A stretch of DNA of 62,120 nt from a virus, in the IMG/VR virus record IMGVR_UViG_3300021387_000156, positions 1 to 62,120 of that record. One strand, given 5' to 3'. Every line of letters begins with the position of its first letter. Within the stretch, counting starts at the first letter, position 1. Position numbers and translations under genes: made by a program. The notes under the pieces were generated by a model. It saw nothing but the letters and a program-made list of their open reading frames with translations, did not search any database and was not told where the DNA came from. Shown here one piece after another: positions 52,297 to 61,165 of this stretch.

Positions 52297-53070
52297 TCAT
52301 CGTGAAGATGACATTGCCGAAAACACCTGTGACAAGCCTTGCTCGATGTTTCGGTACGGCAAAGGTACGGTGAAAATCGTCTCGTTTACCGATTGCTCGA
52401 AATTGTCGAGGGGCCGCAACTCGTCCGTGTAGTCAAGGTTGAGGGGCTTGTACTTGGCCACCTCGTCGCAAAAATCACGCACCGTGTTGCCCACAGGGTT
52501 CACCGCATTCACCAGTTGTCGGTTGCAGGCGTAGGCGTAGATTAACGCCTCTACCGCGTCACCGATGTAGGTGAAGTGGCGCACGTTGCGTCCGCCGTTG
52601 TAAATCGTGCAGGTCTCTTGGGTAAGCAAGTTGTACAGCAGAGTTCCCTCTCGTGGTTCGGGACCATACACGTTGTGGAGACGGACGCCGGTTGCTCTCG
52701 GGCAGTAGGCTTTCGCGAACTGCTCGTCAAAATACTTCGTCATGCCGTACATCGAGGTCGTGTTGCAGGCGTTGGCGGTGCTGCTGGACGCATAGACCAG
52801 TTTCACCCCGTAGCGGCGGCAAGCGGTGGCCACCACCATGAACGCGTGCACGTTCTCTCGCTCGATGTCGTCGAGGCGGTCGTTGAACACGCTCGTCTCG
52901 GCGGCAAGATGAAATACCACGTCAATGCCGCCGTCAGCCAACAGGGGCTCGATGCGGGCGGCATCACCGCCAATCTTCGTGTCGATGCGGACGACCTCGA
53001 AGTGCGGTGCCAGTCGGCGGCAGAGGACTTTACCGATGAAGCCCTCGCTGCCGGTTACTATTGCTCTCAT
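52297..53070 (-). CDS. NAD-dependent epimerase/dehydratase (SDR family)
   Basis: VTGSEGFIG (GxxGxxG) and YGMTK (YxxxK); ATG at 53070 (the upstream track extension has junk-like composition). Confidence 0.7.
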   Translation of the reverse strand: MRAIVTGSEGFIGKVLCRRLAPHFEVVRIDTKIGGDAARIEPLLADGGIDVVFHLAAETSVFNDRLDDIERENVHAFMVVATACRRYGVKLVYASSSTANACNTTSMYGMTKYFDEQFAKAYCPRATGVRLHNVYGPEPREGTLLYNLLTQETCTIYNGGRNVRHFTYIGDAVEALIYAYACNRQLVNAVNPVGNTVRDFCDEVAKYKPLNLDYTDELRPLDNFEQSVNETIFTVPLPYRNIEQGLSQVFSAMSSSR

Positions 53071-53101
53071 TTTGATAGTGTGCTGCAGTCTAAGTGACAC
53101 G

Positions 53102-53653
53102 TCAAGGCACAAGATTGTCGAACAGCCCGGGAAGCCTCGGTTGCAGGGCTTCGTGTTCCTCGTGGAAGAACTGGGCTTTCGTCTTGCCCATCTTGCGGCC
53201 TTTCTTGGTGTGGATGTCGAAGGTGTATTCCGGCACCTCCAGCGGTTGTCGGCGCGCATCGTCCAGGGCGGCGATGATCTGCGGGTCGGTGAGCGCGAGT
53301 TTGTCCACCGCAAGGTTGTTGAGGTGATCGGCGTCGCGGCTCTTATAGCACTCGCAAAGCAGGATTATCGCCTTGCCGATGAAGATGCGTCCCTTTGGTT
53401 CCTTGCTTCCCTTGTTCACCAGCTCGTAGCCGTTGTGCAAGGCGTCAATCTCGTGGGTGATGAGTCCCCAGCAGTCCTCGGCGCTTATGGTGTAGAGTCG
53501 TTTCCACACATAGTTGCCATAGCCCGACTGCCACAACTCGACCCCGAAGAAAGCCGCCACCACCACATCGTTGCGGCGGATGCTCTTCTGCAATGCGCTG
53601 GCACACTCAAGGAAGTCATATCCGTTTTTGGTTTTCAGTACGAAATGTCCCAT
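53102..53653 (-). CDS. stand-alone MgsA/RarA C-terminal-domain-like protein
   Basis: ASALQKSIRRNDVVVAAFFGVELWQSG...WKRLYTISAEDCWGL...AIILLCECYKS parallels RarA ISAFQKSIRGSD.DAALYYLARM..GEDP..IARRL..IASEDIGLA. Confidence 0.45.
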   Translation of the reverse strand: MGHFVLKTKNGYDFLECASALQKSIRRNDVVVAAFFGVELWQSGYGNYVWKRLYTISAEDCWGLITHEIDALHNGYELVNKGSKEPKGRIFIGKAIILLCECYKSRDADHLNNLAVDKLALTDPQIIAALDDARRQPLEVPEYTFDIHTKKGRKMGKTKAQFFHEEHEALQPRLPGLFDNLVP

Positions 53654-53732
53654 ATTTTTCTGTAAAGTTAGTCAAAATTTTCGATATATAGGCTGAAATT
53701 CAGCGCCTTAACATTTGCAAAATTTTGTCAAG

Positions 53733-54485
53733 TCAATAGGGGAAACTCGCACTGATGTTGTACTGCACCAGCGACTTAGTTTTGTCCTTGCCGTTGTTGC
53801 CCTGGCCCTTCAGGCGAATAGCCTCGCCGAAGTATTTCCGTATGAGCAGGATTGACCGCTGCTCCTCTTCCTGGTTGCGGATGGCCGACAAGCCGCCGGC
53901 GTTCACGAAGGTTGACTTCTGCTCGAAGTTGTAGCGCAGGTCGGTGAGAACCTTCCGCTCGGTGTACTTCATGTAGCACGAGATCCAAAAATCCTCCTTG
54001 AGTTTCAACTCCTCGTTCCACCACACGTTCTTGTTGTAGCGCACGCCGTAAGAGCAGCCCGTTATCATCTTGTCGAGGGAGAGGTACTCCGTCTCGTCAT
54101 ACATGACCGGCGAGATACGGCTGGTGAAGCCGAACACATGGACATCGAGCATGCAGGCGATATCATACAGGTTCTCGATGATCTGCGTTATCTCGTTGCG
54201 GTCGCGGATGCGTGCCGTCTCGCCCTTTTCCGAATAGAGTCGCTTGCAGGCATCCACATCATCGTCGAGCATGAACAGTTCACGGAAATGCTTCGCCATC
54301 CAGTTACGTTTCGGGATTAGCCCGATGATATCGTCGGGGTGCGTCACTATCTCGCAGTCGGGGTTGAACTCTCTGTAGAGATCGGCCTGCGACTTCGCCA
54401 CGCAGATGATAGGGTCGTTGACCAGGTACTTCGCGAACACTCGGTCGTGCCGCTTGTGAGAGGGGATTACGATACGCAGGCTCAT
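53733..54485 (-). CDS. possible GT-A-like glycosyltransferase (weak call)
   Basis: N-terminal IVIPSHKR and an acidic LDDDVD motif reminiscent of GT-A NDP-sugar transferases. No stronger evidence. Confidence 0.3.
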   Translation of the reverse strand: MSLRIVIPSHKRHDRVFAKYLVNDPIICVAKSQADLYREFNPDCEIVTHPDDIIGLIPKRNWMAKHFRELFMLDDDVDACKRLYSEKGETARIRDRNEITQIIENLYDIACMLDVHVFGFTSRISPVMYDETEYLSLDKMITGCSYGVRYNKNVWWNEELKLKEDFWISCYMKYTERKVLTDLRYNFEQKSTFVNAGGLSAIRNQEEEQRSILLIRKYFGEAIRLKGQGNNGKDKTKSLVQYNISASFPY

Positions 54486-55153
54486 TGCTCCGCTCCTTTC
54501 TGACCACGCGTGATGGCCTCACGGAAGTCCTGTATGCTGATGACGTTGCTCTTGCTCACCTTGCCGGTCTTATACGACCTCATGTGCTGCATATCGAGTA
54601 CCTCACGCAGCCAGTTGCTGTCAACCTCGTTAGAGCTTTGAATGATGAACAATTCGTGCTTCTCGTCGTACTTCGGTATTAGTGGGTAGACTGCGGAGTC
54701 GTTGTCCATCGCCTCAAATCTCTCCCGGAACTTGTCTTTCGGCTTCGGCTGCTCGAACTCCATTCCCCAGTCGGCGAGCTCGCTCTGGAACTCCGCCCAC
54801 TCGTTGGCGATGATGTCCTTGTCGTCCTCGCCGTAGTTGATGTTGTCTTTGGCGGCATACTCACGCAGTTTCTTCGGTGGGGTGTCGCCCGGCAGCACCT
54901 TGCACGGCACAGTCTTGTAGCCAAGTTCCTTGCAGGCGCGAAGTCTCAAGTTGCCGCACACGACGACATAGTGGCCGTCCATGTACTCAACAACAATCAG
55001 TTCGCGAAGCTCCAGCATCTCGGGGCTCTCCTCTATGCTGCGCTTGGTCGCTTCATAGCGTTCTTTCCTTACCAGGCGCGGGTTGCGAGGCAGTCCCGGG
55101 ACTTGTCCCTTGTTCGCGGTGATGAGGGACACGTCAATTTCTTTTCTTTCCAT
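54482..55153 (-). CDS. ParB/Srx-like N-terminal domain protein
   Basis: LIVVEYMDGHYVVVCGNLRLRACKELGYKTVPCKVL resembles the ParB N-domain core (GxxR box); ATG at 55153. Confidence 0.55.
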   Translation of the reverse strand: MERKEIDVSLITANKGQVPGLPRNPRLVRKERYEATKRSIEESPEMLELRELIVVEYMDGHYVVVCGNLRLRACKELGYKTVPCKVLPGDTPPKKLREYAAKDNINYGEDDKDIIANEWAEFQSELADWGMEFEQPKPKDKFRERFEAMDNDSAVYPLIPKYDEKHELFIIQSSNEVDSNWLREVLDMQHMRSYKTGKVSKSNVISIQDFREAITRGQKGAEQ

Positions 55154-55205
55154 TGCTTTCGGGATTTCAACAATAAAACTTACAACAATTCTCACGAAAG
55201 CAACA

Positions 55206-55556
55206 TCAATCCTTGTGCCTCAACCTCCAAGCGATGCGGTCTTTGATGACCTGCTCGATGTTCTTGCAGCCGAGTTGGCGCAAGGCCAGGGCTGTGTCGA
55301 TGATGATGTCGGCGGCGAGTTCCTCACGCTCGCTGAACTCATGCTCGTAGGTCGGGCAGGCGTCATCGGCGTGCTGCTCGTCCACGAAATCTTGCGTCAG
55401 GTGCAGCGGCGGTCGGCTCCAGTGGCAAGCGTCCATCCGGCGCCAGTCTCGGGAAATCCTTATCGACATGGCGCGAGGGGAAGTCTGCTCGTTGATTTCG
55501 TCCCGCCTCATCATCTCATCATGCAGCTCTTTGGTCAATTTGTTAAGCGTAATCAT
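55206..55556 (-). CDS. possible MazG-like NTP pyrophosphohydrolase domain protein
   Basis: C-terminal REELAADIIIDTALALRQLGCKNIEQVIKDRIAWRLR resembles the MazG helix pair. Confidence 0.35.
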   Translation of the reverse strand: MITLNKLTKELHDEMMRRDEINEQTSPRAMSIRISRDWRRMDACHWSRPPLHLTQDFVDEQHADDACPTYEHEFSEREELAADIIIDTALALRQLGCKNIEQVIKDRIAWRLRHKD

Positions 55557-55644
55557 GAAACTGAACGGATTTAATGTTGCTAATTGGTTGATTTTTGCCT
55601 TACGGCGGTCTGATAGTTGTCATAATGGTGATACTTATGGTGAA

Positions 55645-55851
55645 TTACGTCTCCAGTACGTTGTGAATGGCCTCGATGAGGTGGCCGACCATCGGCAGGG
55701 GGATGCTGATGCGGTAGCGCCTGTTCCCCTTGTTATGCTCGGTGATCATCAAGTAATCGGGCTTGTCGCCCTTGCCATCGTGCAGGTCAACTGAATACTT
55801 CTTGCCCGGGGTGTTGACCCACACCTGCTTTCTGATTTTTAATGCGTCCAT
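55645..55851 (-). CDS. hypothetical protein (68 aa)
   Basis: Track ORF with an ATG start. Confidence 0.55.
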   Translation of the reverse strand: MDALKIRKQVWVNTPGKKYSVDLHDGKGDKPDYLMITEHNKGNRRYRISIPLPMVGHLIEAIHNVLET

Positions 55852-55875
55852 AGTGCTGTTGAGTTTTTGGTGACG

Positions 55876-56313
55876 TTAATCGGGGGCGTTTTCTTCCGTG
55901 CCGACGAACACATCAAGGATTTTAGTCTCCTTAATAGCTACTATCTCGTAGTCCGTGACGCAACCTCTCATGTGTTCTCTTGCGTGCTCTTTCGCCTTGT
56001 CAATGCTCTCCTCCTGGAACAGGACATGGAATGGGGAGCGCTTCTCCTTCATGGTCTTCTCGTCGAGAGTGACAAAGTTGTACTTGACCAAGAAGAATAG
56101 GTCACCGCCGTTGAATACAACCTCGTTGTACTGGGCAATCTTCTCGCCCACAACTTCAAACTCTCCAGTGATGTAGGGTCCCATCTCTCTTGTTATCCTC
56201 GCCTCGGCCTCTGTGAAGGTCATTGCATCGAGGGCGTAGGTCTCGCTGACCGTCTTTGTGGTGCCGTCAGTAAGCACCTTGTCAAGTTTGACTTTTACTT
56301 CAAAAAATCTCAT
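55876..56313 (-). CDS. DUF4494-like protein
   Basis: MRFFEVKVKLDKVLTDGTTKTVSETYALDAMTFTEAEARITREM matches the characteristic DUF4494 N-terminus (Bacteroidota). Confidence 0.5.
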   Translation of the reverse strand: MRFFEVKVKLDKVLTDGTTKTVSETYALDAMTFTEAEARITREMGPYITGEFEVVGEKIAQYNEVVFNGGDLFFLVKYNFVTLDEKTMKEKRSPFHVLFQEESIDKAKEHAREHMRGCVTDYEIVAIKETKILDVFVGTEENAPD

Positions 56314-56345
56314 TTTTCTGTTAATAAATTAGTGTTTTCGTCATT

Positions 56346-56591
56346 TTATTGACGTAATCGTAAATCCATTGTCGCTAAAAGTCGCTCTATCACGTCCACG
56401 TTGGCCGACCCGAGGAAACGGATGCCCAACAGGTCGGCTCGGGAACGCGAGCAGAGGTCTTTGAGGGTGGTTATCCCTTGCCCTTTGAGTATTCGCAACA
56501 CATTGGGAGAGAAACCGAGTTCGTTCAGTCTCGCACGCAGCACCTGCGCCATGTGCAGCTCATTCTGGTTCAGCAGTTCGTTGATGTTCAT
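56346..56591 (-). CDS. stand-alone RNA polymerase alpha C-terminal-domain-like (helix-hairpin-helix) protein
   Basis: FSPNVLRILKGQGITTLKDLCSRSRADLLGIRFLGSANVDVIERLLATMDLRL parallels alpha-CTD LSVRSANCLK...I.YIGDL.......LL...NLGKKSL.EI...L...GL.L. Confidence 0.45.
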   Translation of the reverse strand: MNINELLNQNELHMAQVLRARLNELGFSPNVLRILKGQGITTLKDLCSRSRADLLGIRFLGSANVDVIERLLATMDLRLRQ

Positions 56592-56907
56592 CGAGCTCTT
56601 CCAGTTTTTTGAGCACTTTCAAAGCAAGACGACGCAAAGCAGAGTCCATGAGTTCCTGGACAGTGCGCCTCATTGCGCTACTTAACTTGCTTGTCTTATC
56701 CTTCACTCGTGAATACTCCGCCATGATATAGCTGGGTCTCAGCAGTTGCTTATCATACAGACGCAGTAATGGGGACTTTTTCAATTTGCTGCGCCCACCA
56801 GCCGAGGTGATAGCACGGTCAATCTCATTGCAGATTTTCTGCAGTTCCTCTCTCACGTCTTCATTTGTGGGAGTGACAATTTTGTTTTTTTTGTTTTCTT
56901 CGTCCAT
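56560..56907 (-). CDS. hypothetical protein (115 aa)
   Basis: Track ORF; 32-nt overlap with the downstream gene. Confidence 0.55.
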   Translation of the reverse strand: MDEENKKNKIVTPTNEDVREELQKICNEIDRAITSAGGRSKLKKSPLLRLYDKQLLRPSYIMAEYSRVKDKTSKLSSAMRRTVQELMDSALRRLALKVLKKLEELDEHQRTAEPE

Positions 56908-56918
56908 TTTGTCATTTA

Positions 56919-57695
56919 CTAAAAGTTAAACAAACTCATTTGCTTGACTGCTGGTTGTTCGACAGGCTTTATGGCATCAACTTCTTGAGCCGGCTCGACC
57001 TGTTGTTTCGCTTTACTTCGCACAGCAAGTTCATTTCGGCGGTGCCAATATTCTTCTTCAGAGATTTTCCTGATACTGCAACACGGCGTGGGAATGGGCC
57101 ACTTAATCTCATTGACTTCGTATGCCCCGAGGAAGTCCTGCATCAATGCGTCGTGATGAACAACCTGGCCAAGCATTCCGTGTATCATGAAATTAAGAGC
57201 GCACATTTTCACGCAGATAGGGTCAAGATCTTCGGCATAGTAATAATAAAACTTTGTCTTGTCGCTCTTCATGAAGTGAGCAAGCAAGGTTCGTCCGCTA
57301 CCACATGCACAGTCATTGACGGTTTTCATTTCGGGTGAGTAGGTAAGTTCCGCCATCACTTGACACAGCTCCAACGGAGTGAAAAACTGCCCCATTGCAG
57401 ATGACTTAAACTTGCCTTTGACAGCTTCCTCATACATCGTGCCGAAGAAGTCATAGGCACCATTCTTGTTGATGCCATGTGTAGCAAGTTTCAACCACCT
57501 AACGAGCAATTCAAACATATCGGGATTGTCCTGCTTTCGTTCAGCCAACAATGCAGGGTAGTTACACTTGTGACGCATTACCCTGTCTATGTCGAATGTC
57601 TCGATGAAAAAGTCCAGCATCTCCTCAAAGGCGATGGAAAAGTCCTTGCCGGTCTTGTAAGCGTATGCGCCCAATTTATCTATAGCCAGTTTCAT
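56919..57695 (-). CDS. truncated N6-adenine methylase (HsdM-like) SAM-binding domain lacking the (N/D)PP(F/Y) catalytic motif
   Basis: GQFFTPLELCQVMAEL, NDCACGSGRTLL (motif I), YYAEDLD and CALNFMIHGM are present. No NPPF/NPPY anywhere in the remaining 75 aa. ATG at 57695 shares one nt with the recombinase stop. Confidence 0.55.
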   Translation of the reverse strand: MKLAIDKLGAYAYKTGKDFSIAFEEMLDFFIETFDIDRVMRHKCNYPALLAERKQDNPDMFELLVRWLKLATHGINKNGAYDFFGTMYEEAVKGKFKSSAMGQFFTPLELCQVMAELTYSPEMKTVNDCACGSGRTLLAHFMKSDKTKFYYYYAEDLDPICVKMCALNFMIHGMLGQVVHHDALMQDFLGAYEVNEIKWPIPTPCCSIRKISEEEYWHRRNELAVRSKAKQQVEPAQEVDAIKPVEQPAVKQMSLFNF

Positions 57696-58822
57696 CACCA
57701 GTCCACATTTTTGTTAAACATTCGCTTCTGTTCTTCTTGACTTCGCTTGATGTAAATCATGGTCGTGTCAAGTCCGCTATGACCTAACAGGTCGGCAAGT
57801 TCTGTCACGTCCTTAGTCTTGCTCCGCTTGAGGTACATCTTGGCAAAGAAATGTCGAAACGCATGAGGATGACACTTTTTGGCGTCAACTCCAGCACGGT
57901 TGGCCATGGTGTGTAATAGTTGGGCGACACCACGAGTTGAGCACAACCCACCAGTTCTGTTGACGGCAATGGTTCCTTGCAATTTATTCCTTTCGGCATA
58001 TTCGGCACACTCCTGCTGTACTTTCGCAGAGAAGAAAAATCGTCTCACCTTGCTTCCTTTGCCCTTGAGATCCACATGACCGTCGGCCACCATCTCGTAG
58101 GTGAACATCACAAACTCGTGGACTCGTGCCCCTGTGGTAGAGAGAAGTCTTATCCAAATGTAGGCCTTCTCATTGTGAGCCTTGCAATAGGCAAGTAATT
58201 TTTCAACCTCTTTCTCTGTAGGCACGTTTTCAAGGCTCAATGTACGAGGTATCTTCGTATGCTTGATTTCTATGTGCTTGCCGAGATATTTTGCAAGTGC
58301 CGCGACAGCGTTGAGTCTGTTATTGACTGTTCTGGGCAATTTCCCTTGCTCTTCCATGGCAGCCTTATAGCCTTTTGCAACCTCGGTGGTAATTGAGGTT
58401 GAATAGCATAGGAAATCTTTTGCCCCAGATATATAGCCTCTCACCGTGTTCTGGCTGTATGCGTTCTCTTTGACAAGCCATTCCGAAAAGCCGTTCAAAA
58501 TCTGCTGAGCCTTTTCGTCAAGCCTTGACCGCTTCTCTAACGCCTTCGCCCGCACTCGCTTTTTAACTCCACCTATTTGCACTCCACACCATGAGAGGAA
58601 GTCGCCGATGGCTTTTTGCTGCTTTTGACTTAGGTGAAACTCGGCGGCGTGAGATTTGCGATACTTGGTATATCCCCGCTTGCTCACCTCATCGACTTCG
58701 GTCAGGAAGTCATAGACATATCCGAGGTGATGGTCGGGAGAACCGGCACCTTTGGCGGTAACATGTGCCGTATATGAGCAAAACAATTCTTGCTTATCGG
58801 GTGATAATTTAGTCCTCTTCAT
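57695..58822 (-). CDS. tyrosine recombinase (XerC/D-like), third in the genome
   Basis: TGARVHE (Arg), HPHAFRHFFA (HxxR), LLGHSG and TMIYIKRS (Tyr). Confidence 0.75.
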   Translation of the reverse strand: MKRTKLSPDKQELFCSYTAHVTAKGAGSPDHHLGYVYDFLTEVDEVSKRGYTKYRKSHAAEFHLSQKQQKAIGDFLSWCGVQIGGVKKRVRAKALEKRSRLDEKAQQILNGFSEWLVKENAYSQNTVRGYISGAKDFLCYSTSITTEVAKGYKAAMEEQGKLPRTVNNRLNAVAALAKYLGKHIEIKHTKIPRTLSLENVPTEKEVEKLLAYCKAHNEKAYIWIRLLSTTGARVHEFVMFTYEMVADGHVDLKGKGSKVRRFFFSAKVQQECAEYAERNKLQGTIAVNRTGGLCSTRGVAQLLHTMANRAGVDAKKCHPHAFRHFFAKMYLKRSKTKDVTELADLLGHSGLDTTMIYIKRSQEEQKRMFNKNVDW

Positions 58823-59523
58823 TTTCCTACACGTTTAACAAGCCTCGTCAATGGCTGCAGCCCCCAGCGGAGGCGAACCTTGTCAGCTCGGATTCTTGCG
58901 TTCCTGCTTTCCTGTATCTTTGCCCTGCACGCAGCCTTGCGTTCTTCTGGCAAAGCATCATAGTTTTTTCGCAGTTGGGCACCGCGGCTTATGATGTACA
59001 GGTTGTCCAAATCACAGTTGGTGGTGTCTTTGTCCTTGAACATGACACACCATCCTTTAGGTATCGGGCCGTGAGCCTGTTCCCAGACAAAGCGATGTTT
59101 TGGTACCATTCGCTTACCGTTTGATGGTTTTATCCACCAGTATGACCGCCCTTTTTCTGTTCTGAGGCATTCATAGCCGGGCTTGCGGTTTTGCGGATTG
59201 TCTTGACGGCACTCGCCTTTACGGAAGCGTGTGCGTGATGAGTTGGCGACGCCCTCAGCGGTCATGTACGTCTCTTGTTTGCGTCCGGCATTGAACGGCT
59301 TATGACCCTTTCGGAACTGACCGACCTTACTACGCTCTGCCTTAAATTCCTTTGACTTGCGCAAGCCGAGGACAAAGGCTTTCATTTGCACGCTGCGAGG
59401 TGAGTGGTGAACCCATTCTGCTATGTCTGCACAGGTTCTTGTTGCATAGTGCTTGATGAGGTATTCAACCTCCCACTGCGTCCATCGCTTCACTTTTGGT
59501 GGTATTGGTATCATCTGTTTCAT
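58819..59523 (-). CDS. HNH-like (degenerate) DNA-binding protein with an N-terminal Myb/SANT-like HTH
   Basis: WTQWEVEYLIKHY...; KHRFVWEQAHGPIPKGWCVMFKDKDTTNCDLDNLYIIS resembles the HNH_3 core, but the first His positions are substituted. Confidence 0.45.
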   Translation of the reverse strand: MKQMIPIPPKVKRWTQWEVEYLIKHYATRTCADIAEWVHHSPRSVQMKAFVLGLRKSKEFKAERSKVGQFRKGHKPFNAGRKQETYMTAEGVANSSRTRFRKGECRQDNPQNRKPGYECLRTEKGRSYWWIKPSNGKRMVPKHRFVWEQAHGPIPKGWCVMFKDKDTTNCDLDNLYIISRGAQLRKNYDALPEERKAACRAKIQESRNARIRADKVRLRWGLQPLTRLVKRVGK

Positions 59524-59836
59524 TTGGTTTGATGTTTGACTTGTTGAAATATTTGTCCTCTATGGACTTGATGATATTGAGGTCAACGGCATACATCGTT
59601 GGCCATCGGAACATGCTCTCTACTTTTCTCACTGAGTGAAGTACAGTAGCATGGTTACGGGACATCATCGTGCCAATATATGTAGAGCTCATGTTTAGAC
59701 GTCGTGTGAGCAGATAGCACGCTACCGCTCGTGCATCGGCAAGACGAGCCATGCGGTTCCGTGAGCGGAGGTCGTCGAGTGTCACTCCGTAGGCTTCGGC
59801 CACTGCCTCCATGATTTCAAGTGCTGTTGGTCTCAT
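59465..59836 (-). CDS. DnaA domain IV-like HTH protein
   Basis: VTLDDLRSRNRMARLADARAVACYLLTRRLNMSSTYIGTMMSRNHATVLHSVRKVE matches the DnaA C-terminal DNA-binding domain; ATGA overlap at 59836. Confidence 0.6.
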   Translation of the reverse strand: MRPTALEIMEAVAEAYGVTLDDLRSRNRMARLADARAVACYLLTRRLNMSSTYIGTMMSRNHATVLHSVRKVESMFRWPTMYAVDLNIIKSIEDKYFNKSNIKPNETDDTNTTKSEAMDAVGG

Positions 59837-60042
59837 ATATTGTAGCTTATATAGTCCCTCCACAGCGGAGGCACGATGGCCAGCCAATCCCTTCCTGGGT
59901 GGATTGCTCTCCAGTAACGGACGCTCTCAAGCATCTTTTCGGCAATCATCTCGGGAGTCATGCCCCTGCGTTTGATGCTCGGTATCGCTAGCAAATCGGA
60001 GCAGTCGGGGATCGGCGGCACATCGGGGAACAAACTCATCAT
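59833..60042 (-). CDS. hypothetical protein (69 aa)
   Basis: Track ORF; coupled starts and stops. Confidence 0.55.
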   Translation of the reverse strand: MMSLFPDVPPIPDCSDLLAIPSIKRRGMTPEMIAEKMLESVRYWRAIHPGRDWLAIVPPLWRDYISYNI

Positions 60043-60260
60043 ATTTTGATATTCCAGTTTTTTTTGATAAACTCCATCACGTTCAATCCTGAGTCATTGT
60101 AGAACCAGCGCTTGTACAGATACACCGTTTTGGTCAGCGTCTGTTCCGAAGGATGTTCTTCTGCCCACTCTGCGCTCTTGATGAAGTGTGACATGGCTCG
60201 GCACTCGTTTCCGTACTCGGCGAGTGCGCCGGCCTCAATGTGCTGTTGTCGGTTAGTCAT
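60039..60260 (-). CDS. hypothetical protein (73 aa)
   Basis: ATG at 60260 is preceded by AAAGGAGGAAAACA and forms an ATGA overlap with the upstream stop. Confidence 0.55.
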   Translation of the reverse strand: MTNRQQHIEAGALAEYGNECRAMSHFIKSAEWAEEHPSEQTLTKTVYLYKRWFYNDSGLNVMEFIKKNWNIKI

Positions 60261-60682
60261 TGTTTTCCTCCTTTCTTTGGCGGCTCTGGCAGCGGCATCC
60301 AGTGGGTGACGTCTTCTTTGCAATACGAGCCATCGGTTTCAAGCGCATGCCACATCCCAGAATCATAGTCAAAGCACCCTTTGCTGATGAATTGTATTCC
60401 ATCAAGTTCAACAACAAACAAGACGTGCACACTTTCGCCATAAGGGTCGTTCTTGTAGATTAATGGAGGCAACTCATCCTTAGTGTAATCTTTCACGCTT
60501 ATCCAGCGAGGATGAGAGTCAGCCCATACGGCACCATCTATAAATCCGACTTGATAGGCGCACATGACTTTATGTGTCTTATGTACGAGTTCGCTATATT
60601 GCGGTGGCTTCCGATACGTCCATTCATCAGAGGCTTGGATAATCTGTTCTTCTCGTGTCGTAATCAAATTTCGTTGTTCCAT
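60257..60682 (-). CDS. DUF551-like protein
   Basis: C-terminal VTHWMPLPEPP signature. Confidence 0.55.
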   Translation of the reverse strand: MEQRNLITTREEQIIQASDEWTYRKPPQYSELVHKTHKVMCAYQVGFIDGAVWADSHPRWISVKDYTKDELPPLIYKNDPYGESVHVLFVVELDGIQFISKGCFDYDSGMWHALETDGSYCKEDVTHWMPLPEPPKKGGKQ

Positions 60683-60700
60683 GTTAGTTTTACTTTCATT

Positions 60701-61165
60701 TTAGTATCTCCTTTTTGTGAAGTTAATAATTGCAAGTGGCTTGGTTCGGTCGTAGTCTTTGAACCATTCAAGCCAGTCGTCTATTGAAAGTCCATCGTTA
60801 AACGCTAAGCTACTTAAGCCAACATCATAGCCATCAACGATATACATATCACATCCATCAATGTGGACGATTTCGAGACATTGAATACTTATGCCGTCCT
60901 CGCGGGTAAGACGAGCAAGTTCTTCTTGCTTGCTGCGATAAGGAGCACCAGTCCATTGACGGACTGAGAGACAAGCCTCACCTGCGGCAATTTTCTGAAA
61001 ACGTTTCGCCCATAGGTCATAATTGGCTCTGATGGTGTGCAACTTTTTTGACACCATACCCTTGCTGTCAGGATAATACAATTTATCCCGAAAATATGTC
61101 GGCTCCCCATGGCGCTTGTGCGTTGCTGGGAACGTCTTTGAAAGTGTGATTACATAGGTTTTCAT
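60701..61165 (-). CDS. ASCH/PUA-like domain protein
   Basis: Size, HTIRANYDLWAKRF pattern, and position directly downstream of the methyltransferase. Confidence 0.4.
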   Translation of the reverse strand: MKTYVITLSKTFPATHKRHGEPTYFRDKLYYPDSKGMVSKKLHTIRANYDLWAKRFQKIAAGEACLSVRQWTGAPYRSKQEELARLTREDGISIQCLEIVHIDGCDMYIVDGYDVGLSSLAFNDGLSIDDWLEWFKDYDRTKPLAIINFTKRRY

